Source of the DNA: an uncultured Candidatus Saccharibacteria bacterium
Lineage (GTDB): Bacteria > Patescibacteriota > Saccharimonadia > Saccharimonadales > CAZDBS01
Reading direction: 5' to 3'
Assembly: GCA_964503775.1 (NCBI GenBank)
Contig: CAZDBS010000002.1
Span: 3,542 to 67,541 of the forward strand
Length of the DNA: 64,000 nt
The position numbers and the translations under genes are program-made. Of the stretch, positions 53,610 through 63,282 are shown piece after piece. Each line of letters begins with the position of its first letter. Position 1 is the stretch's first letter. Under the pieces are notes generated by a model that ran no database searches, was not told the origin of the DNA, and was given only the letters and a program-made list of their open reading frames with translations.

Positions 53610-55726
53610 AACAACGGCAGTTTTTTATCCTGCTTTTCGTGGGGGGAGCTGGGATAAGTGTTTTTTACTTTTTTGATTTCCTAAAACAACATCCCACTCT
53701 CGAGGGTGCGTTACATGGAAGTTCTTTGTTATTTATTGGTTTGGCGATCGTGCTACAACTCTGCGCTCATTTGGTGAGGGCTGATAAATCTAGGTTTCTA
53801 TTAAATAAAATCCGTCCCGCCAAAGCCTCTGTACTGTTTCGTGGTTTGTCGGTCGGATTTTTATTCAACACACTTTTACCGTTACGCATTGGTGAGTTTA
53901 TTAGAGCAATATACATTGGCGAGGCTCTGTCTATCAGCAAGACTACAGTCTTTGTTTCGATCATTATCGAGCGTATTGTTGATGGTTTTATCTTAGGATT
54001 CTTGCTATTGATAGCTGGCTTCATTGTTGAAAATCAATACCACCTGGCCTTCGTTATAACCTGGCAAATTGGGTGGACACTCATCTTAGTTTCAGCAATG
54101 TTGTCAGTCGTCATTAACACGCTACGAAACGAGCATCGCTGGCTACTTAAAACGGTTCACGGAGCAACTAGCGTCTTCAATCCTAAAATTTCCGACCGCC
54201 TCCGTTTTATGTCATGGTCCGCGATTTATGGCACCAAGCTTATGTTGAGCGATAGGCGCTCTTTACTTCGATACATTCGCGCATCGATTGTTATGTGGAT
54301 TCTATACATAAGCTCGACGGTTTTTGCTGTCTTGGCTTTTTTCGAGAGTCTGTCACCAGCAAAGACATGGTACGCGGTTCAGTCAATCTACGCTGCCGTT
54401 GGCACCCCGCTCGGTCCTGGTTATCCGGGTACATTACATATCGTACTCCTGAAGCTCTTCTCAAGAGTTGAGCTACTGGCCACCAGCGGTTTTTCGCTCA
54501 TGGTGTGGTCTGTTATGGTAGTACCGATCTCCATAATCGCTCTTCTGGTCCTCATTCGCCAGCGATTTGACGAAGAACGAGACATTCCAGCACAGGAAAT
54601 GCTTATTCATAAGTTATACCGCGAAAAAGACATCAGCAGGGAGCTGAGTCATTTCCTTGATGCCTATCTAAAGGGTGAGAGAATTAACCAAATTCTGACT
54701 CAGGCAGAGCTCGACGGAAAATTTCGGCTCATTAAATCATTCAAAGGTGGCTCCAACGCACATACCATGTTGGCCTGGCAGCACGAACAACTGTACGTGA
54801 AGAAGCTTACGCTCATTCAGTACGCCGACAAGCTAGAGGAGCAAGCTAAGTGGCTACTAGAGCGTGAGCATCTCGAACACATCCCCAAAGTTGTCCGACA
54901 GGACAAAACCGCTCACTACTATTCGTTCGATATCGAGTATAAAGAAGCATATTATCCATTTTTCGATTTTATCCACTCCAATACGACAACAATGAGTTCT
55001 CGAGTACTAAATAAGATCTTGCGCTTCATGAATACACACATTTACCGTGAAAAACCCGTATCCAACAAAGTAGCTCGTAAGAATTTAAATGATTACATCG
55101 CCAACAAAGTCATTGGCAAAGTAAACGACGCGGCTGCTATGTCACCGGATCTTAGCACCCTCATGGCTCACCCAACTCTCACTGTCAACGGCATGAAATA
55201 TGACAACATCTTGCAAGTTGTGGAGAAAATTAAAAATCACAAAGCTGCGATGAATGATCTGATCTCATATCGTGAAAGCCCGATACATGGAGATTTAACG
55301 ATCGATAATCTCATCGTTTCATCCGAAGCCGATTACTTGGTGATTGATCCCAATAATGAGAACCAAGTGTCGTCTCGAATCGTGGATTTTGCCAAGATGT
55401 ACCAGTCACTACATTCCGGCTACGAGTTTTTGATACAACTAGAAAAATGTGAAGTCAAAGAAAACCAGATTAATTTTGAAGATGCAATGTCTCACAAATA
55501 TGCAGAGATTTTTCAGGCTTTTGATCAAAATCTTCGCCGCGAGCTTTCGGAGGCTGAATATAGATCAATTCTGTTTCACGAAGCCGTTCATTACTGTAGA
55601 ATGCTTACGTATCGTATAAACATTAACCCCGCAACTGTAGCTGTGTTCTATGGAACTGCCGTACGTTTGTTTAACGAGTTCCTGGCACAGTACACCAACA
55701 CACTCAATGCTTCCAAAAATTCGTAA
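53606..55726 (+). CDS. fusion protein with an N-terminal flippase-like (LPG_synthase_TM/UPF0104) membrane domain and a C-terminal choline/aminoglycoside-kinase-like domain
   Basis: The N-terminal ~320 aa carry LLPLRIGEFIRAIY in a polytopic domain. The C-terminal domain has the kinase catalytic loop IHGDLTIDNLIV and the metal-binding LVIDPNNEN. Confidence 0.6.
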   Translation: MKQRQFFILLFVGGAGISVFYFFDFLKQHPTLEGALHGSSLLFIGLAIVLQLCAHLVRADKSRFLLNKIRPAKASVLFRGLSVGFLFNTLLPLRIGEFIRAIYIGEALSISKTTVFVSIIIERIVDGFILGFLLLIAGFIVENQYHLAFVITWQIGWTLILVSAMLSVVINTLRNEHRWLLKTVHGATSVFNPKISDRLRFMSWSAIYGTKLMLSDRRSLLRYIRASIVMWILYISSTVFAVLAFFESLSPAKTWYAVQSIYAAVGTPLGPGYPGTLHIVLLKLFSRVELLATSGFSLMVWSVMVVPISIIALLVLIRQRFDEERDIPAQEMLIHKLYREKDISRELSHFLDAYLKGERINQILTQAELDGKFRLIKSFKGGSNAHTMLAWQHEQLYVKKLTLIQYADKLEEQAKWLLEREHLEHIPKVVRQDKTAHYYSFDIEYKEAYYPFFDFIHSNTTTMSSRVLNKILRFMNTHIYREKPVSNKVARKNLNDYIANKVIGKVNDAAAMSPDLSTLMAHPTLTVNGMKYDNILQVVEKIKNHKAAMNDLISYRESPIHGDLTIDNLIVSSEADYLVIDPNNENQVSSRIVDFAKMYQSLHSGYEFLIQLEKCEVKENQINFEDAMSHKYAEIFQAFDQNLRRELSEAEYRSILFHEAVHYCRMLTYRININPATVAVFYGTAVRLFNEFLAQYTNTLNASKNS

Positions 55727-56156
55727 CTTTACTTCTCATCTCTACAAACAGCACTATATTCGCTACCTTTTGGTTGGTGGAACTACTTTTATACTCGACT
55801 ACTGCCTTCTGCTAATCTTACACGGAGAGAAGGGGATGCGATTATCAATCGCTACAACCATATCCTACTGGATCGCTGTGTTGTATAACTTCTCACTAAA
55901 TCGATGGTGGACATTTAGCGCGAATGAAAATAGAAATCTTCATAAACACCTGTTTGCTTATGGCATACTTCTGGCTAGCAACTATGTCTTCACGGTTGTT
56001 TTCCTAGAACTTACCGCCAACTCTATCGGCTACGCTATCGCCAAGCCAGTATCAATACCAATACAAATGATCTGGAATTATTATGTCTATAAGAATCTAA
56101 TATTCAAAAAAGTCAAAGCGGATGACAATCAAAACGACAGACAAATAGCACCCTGA
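55707..56156 (+). CDS. GtrA-family membrane protein
   Basis: YLLVGGTTFILDYCLLLIL and four TMs with a conserved W..F region (NRWWTF). About 150 aa. Confidence 0.7.
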   Translation: MLPKIRNFTSHLYKQHYIRYLLVGGTTFILDYCLLLILHGEKGMRLSIATTISYWIAVLYNFSLNRWWTFSANENRNLHKHLFAYGILLASNYVFTVVFLELTANSIGYAIAKPVSIPIQMIWNYYVYKNLIFKKVKADDNQNDRQIAP

Positions 56157-56210
56157 TCTCACGCCAACACAATCACATTATGAACATTGGTTAGTGATTC
56201 TATGCAAGGG

Positions 56211-56909
56211 CTAGCCGAAAAAGGCATATAAGTACCACCGAAGGTAGGAAGGCAACCAGCTCCATAACTTAAACTTTGTTTCTCCTTCAGTCCTGTCTCT
56301 CCAGACGCTAGGTATTTCAACAATCTTTCTGTGCAGCCTGAAGGCCTTTACTGTAATCTCCATGGCCACCTCAAAACCGCCCTTGCTCTCGATGGTTATG
56401 GAGTTTAGTAGATCTTTATCGTATAACTTGAAATTATTTGTTACGTCATGCGTAGGAAAGCGCCTGACTATAGATAGCGATACACCCGCAATCATCGATA
56501 GGTGTCGCTTCAGCCAAGGTCCGCCAATTTGTTTTCCACCTTTCATATAACGACTTCCACAAACAATATCTGCTCCCTTGATATATTCAGCATACATATT
56601 GTCTACAATCCGCAGATCGTCAGATAGGTCTGCCATCACAACAAGTATGGGACCGCTCTTTACATAATCAAATCCACTGAGAAGTGCATTTAAAGCCCCT
56701 CGGCCTTTTTGATTTTTGTGAAGTATGACCTTTTTACCAAGATTCTGGTACCTCTTAACAATCGGTACAGTATTATCCTCGTCAAAGTCATACACGACAA
56801 CAATCCGATGAGGTACGGTTATATATTCGTCAATCTCCTTATAGAGCCGCGGAAAATTCTCGGCTTCATTGTATACTGGCACGATTATCGAGAGTGGCGC
56901 TTTTCTCAT
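56211..56909 (-). CDS. GT2 polyprenol-phosphate glycosyltransferase (DPM1/GtrB/ArnC-like)
   Basis: LSIIVPVYNEAENF, VVVYDFDEDNT, MADLSDD and a soluble 232-aa architecture. Confidence 0.75.
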   Translation of the reverse strand: MRKAPLSIIVPVYNEAENFPRLYKEIDEYITVPHRIVVVYDFDEDNTVPIVKRYQNLGKKVILHKNQKGRGALNALLSGFDYVKSGPILVVMADLSDDLRIVDNMYAEYIKGADIVCGSRYMKGGKQIGGPWLKRHLSMIAGVSLSIVRRFPTHDVTNNFKLYDKDLLNSITIESKGGFEVAMEITVKAFRLHRKIVEIPSVWRDRTEGETKFKLWSWLPSYLRWYLYAFFG

Positions 56910-57544
56910 TTTACAAACAACATAAATGTTTGTTTACCAATGATTCTCCAGAGCACAGGGATAGATAGGTATAGTTTTACTAGAAAACCATTAATTGGAA
57001 GTTTGCTTTGAGATGTATATGGTAGGAATCGCAGTATGCGCTTCTTGAGAACAAATCCCTTGATTGAGAAGATTTCTTCCAGTGCCCTGTCGTCAACTGG
57101 TGTTATATGATCAAAAAACATCCAGTAGTCCCTGGCGGCTAGCCTAATATTTGGCTGCAAAACCAAGACAGCACCACCAGGTCGAAGAATGCGTCGAAAT
57201 TCTTCGACAGTCTTCTGGATGTCCTCTCGACTGATGTGCTCGAAGAAATTACTAACGAATATCTTATCTACGGATTCGGCTTCCAGTGGTATTTCAGTTG
57301 AACTGGCCTGAATAAACTTGATTGTTTTGTCTAGGTGTAGTTTTGAATCAGGGTTGATATCCAGAGCGATTTTTTCTTTGCACTGCACTGTATTTATAAA
57401 CTCCCCGTAACCGCAAGGTACGTCAAGCACAGTATCGTCTGGCTCGATGTAGTCCTGAAAAAATCTCTTAGTGAGGGTTTCCCATAGCACTCTGCGTCCC
57501 TCCACGTCACTAAAACGCTTCTTGTAAATTTGGTCAACCTGCAT
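56906..57544 (-). CDS. class I SAM-dependent methyltransferase
   Basis: Motif I VLDVPCGYGEF and the post-I/II motifs DKIFVSNFFEH. Overlaps the downstream GT2 start. Confidence 0.7.
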   Translation of the reverse strand: MQVDQIYKKRFSDVEGRRVLWETLTKRFFQDYIEPDDTVLDVPCGYGEFINTVQCKEKIALDINPDSKLHLDKTIKFIQASSTEIPLEAESVDKIFVSNFFEHISREDIQKTVEEFRRILRPGGAVLVLQPNIRLAARDYWMFFDHITPVDDRALEEIFSIKGFVLKKRILRFLPYTSQSKLPINGFLVKLYLSIPVLWRIIGKQTFMLFVK

Positions 57545-57545
57545 C

Positions 57546-58565
57546 TTAGATATTCCCGTTCTTTACTTGCTCGTCAATCCAGGGAATAAGTTCATCCAAC
57601 ATAGTATCTAAACTTGTTTCAGCTACGAAACCAAGCATTTCCTTTGCTTTATGAGTATCCGGTATCCGCTTCTGAACATCATACTCAAAAGGCTTGTCTG
57701 AAACAAAAGCAAAAGGTTTGCTGGTATTTATCTTGTTCCAGATCATTTCAGCTAGCTCTAGTACTGTCGTGGATGTGTCTGTAGAAATGTTAAAATCTTG
57801 GTTGCTCGCTTTTTCGCTTTCTATACACAACCGAATACCCTTGGCCAAATCGCCACCATAGGTGTAATGTCTTACTTGGTTACCATCTCCAAGTATATGA
57901 AGTGGATCCTGGCCTTTTAGTATCTTCTGGATAAGATCTGGTACAACATGACTCATAGCCAGCTTTACATTTCCAGAATATATCTCCTTGTCTGACAGCG
58001 CTCTTTTCTCCCCTACTCCTACACAGTTAAATGGACGCGCTATGGTGTATGGAAGTTTGTATTGCTCCCATGCCCCTCGTGCAAAGTATTCTGTAGAAAG
58101 TTTTTGGAATCCATACGTTGAAAGTGGTGGTGGAGACGTAAGCTCAGTTCCTTCGGGCGTAGGATAAGTAGTAGTTGATTCGTAGACCATGGAAGACGAT
58201 AAGACGACAATCTTTTTGAGCTTTTTTTCCTTAAATGCCCAGATTGCAGCATCAAAAGTTGATGCTGTTATTCGTTCGTTCTCGGCAATAAGGTCATATG
58301 CAAACTCATGGAAGTACGATATGCCTCCAATCATAGCCGCCGCAGCTACGACGACATCACAATCCGCTATCAGTTTCTTCATGAGTTCGGTGTCTTTTGC
58401 ATCTCCCTCAACGAAGGTGTACTTGGGATGATTCTGATAACTCTTCTCGAGCGGACCATACTTTGAATAGTTGTCGATTCCGACTACTTCATGCCCGGCG
58501 TTCAGAAGCTCTTCTACAGTATATCCTGCGATGAAACCCGCTGATCCAGTGAACATAATTTTCAT
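57546..58565 (-). CDS. NAD-dependent nucleotide-sugar epimerase/dehydratase (extended SDR)
   Basis: FTGSAGFIAGY Rossmann motif, the catalytic YGFQK (YxxxK) and 339 aa. Confidence 0.8.
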   Translation of the reverse strand: MKIMFTGSAGFIAGYTVEELLNAGHEVVGIDNYSKYGPLEKSYQNHPKYTFVEGDAKDTELMKKLIADCDVVVAAAAMIGGISYFHEFAYDLIAENERITASTFDAAIWAFKEKKLKKIVVLSSSMVYESTTTYPTPEGTELTSPPPLSTYGFQKLSTEYFARGAWEQYKLPYTIARPFNCVGVGEKRALSDKEIYSGNVKLAMSHVVPDLIQKILKGQDPLHILGDGNQVRHYTYGGDLAKGIRLCIESEKASNQDFNISTDTSTTVLELAEMIWNKINTSKPFAFVSDKPFEYDVQKRIPDTHKAKEMLGFVAETSLDTMLDELIPWIDEQVKNGNI

Positions 58566-59764
58566 TAAATCAACCCCCCTTTGCCATAATAGTTCCAGAC
58601 ATCAACCACCGTCTTCTTTCCCCATTTTAGGCTTTTGTAATCACTATGAGGGGCGGCAATGATGACTATGTCGGCATTGTCCTTGATATTTTCAAGAGTT
58701 GTGAACCGGGGATCTTCTATATAAACATCGTGACACAAGACATTCTCGGCTTCGATTTCAAGTTTTTTCATGAGCTTATACGACAGACTTTCTCTAGGAT
58801 CATCGTTGTCTCCCTTGAAGGCCATTCCTAACACCGCCACTGTTTTAGTACTGAGGTCTTGTTTGAGTTTGAGTGATTCGACGATGTAGTCGGGTAGACC
58901 CTCGTTGATTAGCATCGCTGCATGCCCGAGGAAAAAGTTATGACTACCAAACGAGGATAGCTGCATCGTATCTTTAAACAGGCAAGGGCCAGCGGCTAGT
59001 CCGGCTTTGGCAAAAGATTTCAACCGCGGATAATCCTCTGTCATGGCACCATAGATTTTGTAAAAGTCTAGACCGTGATCATTTGCAATCATGTAAAACT
59101 GGTTTGAGATAGCAAAATTAATATACCTCCATGTGTTAGTGAATAACTTCGCAAGCTCCGCTTCCATGGGCTGTGTTTCGATTATTTTTGTAGCCAAAGT
59201 CTTAAACAAGGCACCAGCTTTCTTGCTTGCCTCAGGCGTACAACCGGCCACGATCTGAGGCAGTTCATACAATTCTGTGAGGGCATGTCCCTCGGCTATA
59301 CGTTCGGGACAGAAAGCGACTAGGGTTTTTTTGCCACGTTTCTGAAGATACCCGTGCACTTTATTTGTCACTCCGGGATAGAGCGTGCTTCTCATGACGA
59401 GTAACTGGTCGTCCCTTAAGCTATTCTCGATCTCTTTAACCGCCCTTAACACGTCACCCATTCTGGGGTTTAAATGCTCGTCCACCGGAGTACCTATGAC
59501 CATTACTACAACTGAAGCTTGCTCAATAACCGATGTGTCGTTGGAGGCACTGAGCCTTCCTGAACTTACGACTTTTTTTAGAAGCTTGTCTGCCCCATTC
59601 TCCAAAAACGGCATCTCTGCTTTGTTAACTTTCCTTATACTTTCCTGATTGATGTCGTACAGAGAGACTTTTTTACCTTGATCGGCGAACGCCATCCCGA
59701 GCGGAAGACCAACGTGTCCACAACCTCCGACAATACAAACATCATACGAAGACTTAGCTGTCAT
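58565..59764 (-). CDS. nucleotide-sugar 6-dehydrogenase (UDP-glucose/GDP-mannose dehydrogenase family)
   Basis: VCIVGGCGHVGLPLG Rossmann motif, the catalytic Cys region AGPCLFKD and a C-terminal UDP-binding domain (LGMAFKGDNDDPRES). Confidence 0.8.
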   Translation of the reverse strand: MTAKSSYDVCIVGGCGHVGLPLGMAFADQGKKVSLYDINQESIRKVNKAEMPFLENGADKLLKKVVSSGRLSASNDTSVIEQASVVVMVIGTPVDEHLNPRMGDVLRAVKEIENSLRDDQLLVMRSTLYPGVTNKVHGYLQKRGKKTLVAFCPERIAEGHALTELYELPQIVAGCTPEASKKAGALFKTLATKIIETQPMEAELAKLFTNTWRYINFAISNQFYMIANDHGLDFYKIYGAMTEDYPRLKSFAKAGLAAGPCLFKDTMQLSSFGSHNFFLGHAAMLINEGLPDYIVESLKLKQDLSTKTVAVLGMAFKGDNDDPRESLSYKLMKKLEIEAENVLCHDVYIEDPRFTTLENIKDNADIVIIAAPHSDYKSLKWGKKTVVDVWNYYGKGGLI

Positions 59765-59848
59765 ACGGTTCTGCCCTCATTCATTAATGCAATCACTCTA
59801 TTCTGACATATGTAACCCTACCCAGACAAGGGTAACATCGGTTGGATT

Positions 59849-61180
59849 TCAGTCGAACCCACCGAGTTGGTGGCTTCGCAAGAACTGGAGTCTCTCCCAA
59901 GTAATTTGTTTGCTTGGATACGCCAGTAATAGACAGTCTTCGTCAGATGACTGGGCTAGTTGCAGACAAGTTTGAGATCTGTGAAGAGTGCTGCTGTAGG
60001 CCCTCATCTGAACTATGCCTTTGGCATAACTCATTGTGAGCAACACTACAAATGGAAGCAGAAACAAAGCTAGAAAGCCCGTTTGTTTGGAGGATGTATG
60101 TTTTTCAGCTCCTGTGTACAGACTAATAGCTTGGCATCCTATAACAATTGTACCAACGACAAACAGAGTAGAGATAGTTGAATAACGACTTGAGAACGCT
60201 TGTTCTATTCCAAAACCCAAACGCGATATTGCAGTAGAGCACGCCCCTAGTAAGGCATACAAAACCAAAGTGATCCAAAAAATACTATCTTGTATTTTTC
60301 CTTTCTTCCAGAGGTAAAAAACACTACTCGCAAAAATGAGTGTCACTATCCCTCCCAGCCACACCGCCATATATAGTCGTAAGCTAATCGGCTTCCCTAT
60401 GTACACCAAAATGTAACGAATAAACGAGAGTGGTTGACTCAGAAAAAGCGTCTTAGATGGATGGTAGGCTGGATTAATGTAGTTGTAGTAATAAAGTCCG
60501 GTGGCTGTAGTCCCAGCAACAATCCAACTGATGATTTGGCGTGTTTGAGCACGTCTAAGTAATAGAGCTATCAAACACAGCAGCCATACAGTAAACCCAT
60601 TGGCTAGAGAGTACGTAGCAATGATCGAACAAAGCAGCGCTATGAATACGTTCTGTCTTGAAAGCTCCTTATAGGCCAGGATATGAATAGCAACCAGAGA
60701 CACTAATACGCTTAAAAACCATTGTATCTGCCAACCCCATAACCAGTTTTCCCATTGAATCGGTGAGAGTATCGCAAAAGCCAAGATGCAACCCACAATG
60801 ACAGCACTGGCAGGGTATTGTTTAAGTGATCTGTGAGCTGAGATTACGACTATGAGTGTCGCCATGATGCCCAAGACCACATTAACAATGACTTCAAAAT
60901 ACGGATCCCAACGTGTGACTAAGCCTAACAAATACATGACGACTCTAGGAAATAGAATTCGGTGTTCGTTGTGTTGTGTCCAAAAATCACTGAAACCCAA
61001 GGTGTGATCAATGTGTTTCTGCAAAATAGTAACAAACTCCCATTGATCCCAGATAGGTACATGAACACTGTAATGTAGGGTAAGTAGACCTATAAATACA
61101 CTTGGAACTATCACGGTCAGCAATATGACCTTCTTCTTACCGATTCCATCGAGTGTATCGATAATTGATCTGAGACTCAT
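59849..61180 (-). CDS. polytopic membrane protein, GT-C-like (paralog of the upstream gene)
   Basis: 443 aa with about 11 TMs. It shares the loop-1 block PIWDQWEFV...FWTQHNEHRILFPRVV with its neighbour. Confidence 0.5.
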   Translation of the reverse strand: MSLRSIIDTLDGIGKKKVILLTVIVPSVFIGLLTLHYSVHVPIWDQWEFVTILQKHIDHTLGFSDFWTQHNEHRILFPRVVMYLLGLVTRWDPYFEVIVNVVLGIMATLIVVISAHRSLKQYPASAVIVGCILAFAILSPIQWENWLWGWQIQWFLSVLVSLVAIHILAYKELSRQNVFIALLCSIIATYSLANGFTVWLLCLIALLLRRAQTRQIISWIVAGTTATGLYYYNYINPAYHPSKTLFLSQPLSFIRYILVYIGKPISLRLYMAVWLGGIVTLIFASSVFYLWKKGKIQDSIFWITLVLYALLGACSTAISRLGFGIEQAFSSRYSTISTLFVVGTIVIGCQAISLYTGAEKHTSSKQTGFLALFLLPFVVLLTMSYAKGIVQMRAYSSTLHRSQTCLQLAQSSDEDCLLLAYPSKQITWERLQFLRSHQLGGFD

Positions 61181-62589
61181 CAGTTCAGATTATTTGGTGA
61201 CTCAAGAGATCTTTCGATCTCTCTAAAAGGACCTAGCTTTAAAGATCTAAGTTCTTCGACGCTTTGCCATGCCTTTTGTCTGTTGGGGTACACGATATCA
61301 AGACAGGTGTCATTAACTGATGTAACTTCATAGACACAACGTCGAACCCTCTTAAAATGGCTGCTAATTTCTACGAGACTAGAATATCCTTTTACATAAT
61401 TTGTAACAAAGGCCTGCATTGCGGGAAATGTTAGGACACCCAATAAAAACACAACCAAGACATAGACTTTAGTCATGTCCTTGATCCCACGTGGATGCGA
61501 CGTGTATAGAGTGAATAGCACCATCACTACAACCACAACTACAAACAGTGCAGATATGGAGGTGTAGCTATTACCCATACTATGATCTATTCCAAAATTT
61601 AAGCGCGAGATTGCTGCAATAAGAGCCGTTAGGCATACGAATGTTGAAATAGCAAGCCACCCGTAAACATGTTCAATCTGCTTTCTTCTATATAGAAAAA
61701 GTCCACACAAAACAATAATTCCTAAGAGAATCGCCCCAGCATATCGGGCTCCTACGGCTGTTGTTGCCAGGTTATGACCGAGATAGCTAAGTGTATATTT
61801 TAGAACTGCAATCGGTTGCTTAGCAACAACCAGTAGTGAGAGGCTCTCTGGTGAGCGGTGGAACCCATAAAGATAGCTGGCAATTACTGCTCCTGCTGAC
61901 CCGCACCACACCAGAAGATCCCTGCGTCGGGTATGACGGACAATTAACAAACCCAACCCAACAATCCACACAACCAACCCATTCCCAAGTGAATATGTGG
62001 CTATTGTTGCCGTAACAATCGCGACATATAAATGTTTTGACTCTCTCAAAAGCGAATCTGACATCAAGACACGTATCGTGAGTACTGTTGCAGCTATCCC
62101 CATGAAGAAACATAGCTGGAATCCCCATATCCAATTGATCCACTGTACTGGGGAAAACAGTATCCATGCGATTATAGGAGCAGCGACTATCGTATACCCC
62201 CGTGCCTTATTAAAAGTTTGTCTCAGCAGGGTCGATAATACGTAAAAGGTGAGCGAGGCGGTCAGGAAATTCAACACCACCTCAAACCGTACGTTATAGC
62301 CAGTCACTAAAGACAATAGAAGTGTCACGACCTTAGGGAACAGTATTCGGTGCTCATTGTGTTGTCTCCATAAGTCAGCAAGTGTTAATGTGCCGTTATG
62401 AAGTTTATCCAGTAATGACACATATTCCCACTGATCCCAGAAAGGCACATTGACACTGTAACGAAGAAGGGTGACCAGCAAGATCAGCATAGGTACCGCA
62501 ACCAACACCCAAGAAGTCTTTTTGGCAATATTTAACTTGTGTTCGGCCACCCATCGAGCCGTACCACCCACTAGTTTCGATGTAGACAT
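61180..62589 (-). CDS. polytopic membrane protein, GT-C-like (paralog of the downstream gene)
   Basis: 469 aa. It carries the same block PFWDQWEYV...LWRQHNEHRILFPKVV and a similar TM layout and C-terminal tail (LRSLKLGPF against LRSHQLGGF). Confidence 0.5.
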   Translation of the reverse strand: MSTSKLVGGTARWVAEHKLNIAKKTSWVLVAVPMLILLVTLLRYSVNVPFWDQWEYVSLLDKLHNGTLTLADLWRQHNEHRILFPKVVTLLLSLVTGYNVRFEVVLNFLTASLTFYVLSTLLRQTFNKARGYTIVAAPIIAWILFSPVQWINWIWGFQLCFFMGIAATVLTIRVLMSDSLLRESKHLYVAIVTATIATYSLGNGLVVWIVGLGLLIVRHTRRRDLLVWCGSAGAVIASYLYGFHRSPESLSLLVVAKQPIAVLKYTLSYLGHNLATTAVGARYAGAILLGIIVLCGLFLYRRKQIEHVYGWLAISTFVCLTALIAAISRLNFGIDHSMGNSYTSISALFVVVVVVMVLFTLYTSHPRGIKDMTKVYVLVVFLLGVLTFPAMQAFVTNYVKGYSSLVEISSHFKRVRRCVYEVTSVNDTCLDIVYPNRQKAWQSVEELRSLKLGPFREIERSLESPNNLN

Positions 62590-62664
62590 GGGTTTAATAT
62601 TATAGCGAAAACCAATTCATTGCCATCCCACACATGGTCTTGATGTTTATGGTAAAATATTACA

Positions 62665-63282
62665 GTGCGAAGGAATACAAAAAGACAACTGCAATCCTTG
62701 CTGAAACCCTTCATCCTAGTGGCAGTATTCCTAATTATCGTGGGTTTCATTACTTTTAGATCGCGCTTGAAATCCGAGTCAACTCCAAATACGACCAAAA
62801 GCACAACGCCATCCTCCTCGAACACAGCAGACTCCCCAATCCCAGCTAACACCCCCAACATGTCGGACACTTCAGAAACTACCCCCACTCAGCCTGGTGA
62901 AAACCAGCCGCCTGAATCAAATGAAAAACCAGGCGTTACAGTTCCGTCAACGACACAATCGTCAACTGGTAAAATCCAGGTTACTCCTGTTATTAGCTAT
63001 CTAGACTATAGCGATAGTTCTAAGCAGGAACTCGAGGTCGATGCATGGGTTCCTGGCATCAATGAGATAAGTGGTCAGTGCGTCCTCGTTGCCACTAGTG
63101 GCCCTCACACTATTACCAAACAGAATCCTGCAACAAGCAATGTTCAAAGTATGAGTTGTAAGAATTTTCTGATTGATAAATCGGAGTTCGCAGCAGCTTA
63201 TGGTAGCTGGCAATTCACCGTAAGATACTCTTCTTCGAAGGCCGAAGGTAGCTCAATATCAAGGGAGTTCAAGGTGCAATGA
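62665..63282 (+). CDS. membrane-anchored S/T/P-rich hypothetical protein
   Basis: GTG start, the TM FILVAVFLIIVGFI, an S/T/P linker and a ~110-aa C-terminal domain with 2 Cys. Confidence 0.5.
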   Translation: MRRNTKRQLQSLLKPFILVAVFLIIVGFITFRSRLKSESTPNTTKSTTPSSSNTADSPIPANTPNMSDTSETTPTQPGENQPPESNEKPGVTVPSTTQSSTGKIQVTPVISYLDYSDSSKQELEVDAWVPGINEISGQCVLVATSGPHTITKQNPATSNVQSMSCKNFLIDKSEFAAAYGSWQFTVRYSSSKAEGSSISREFKVQ

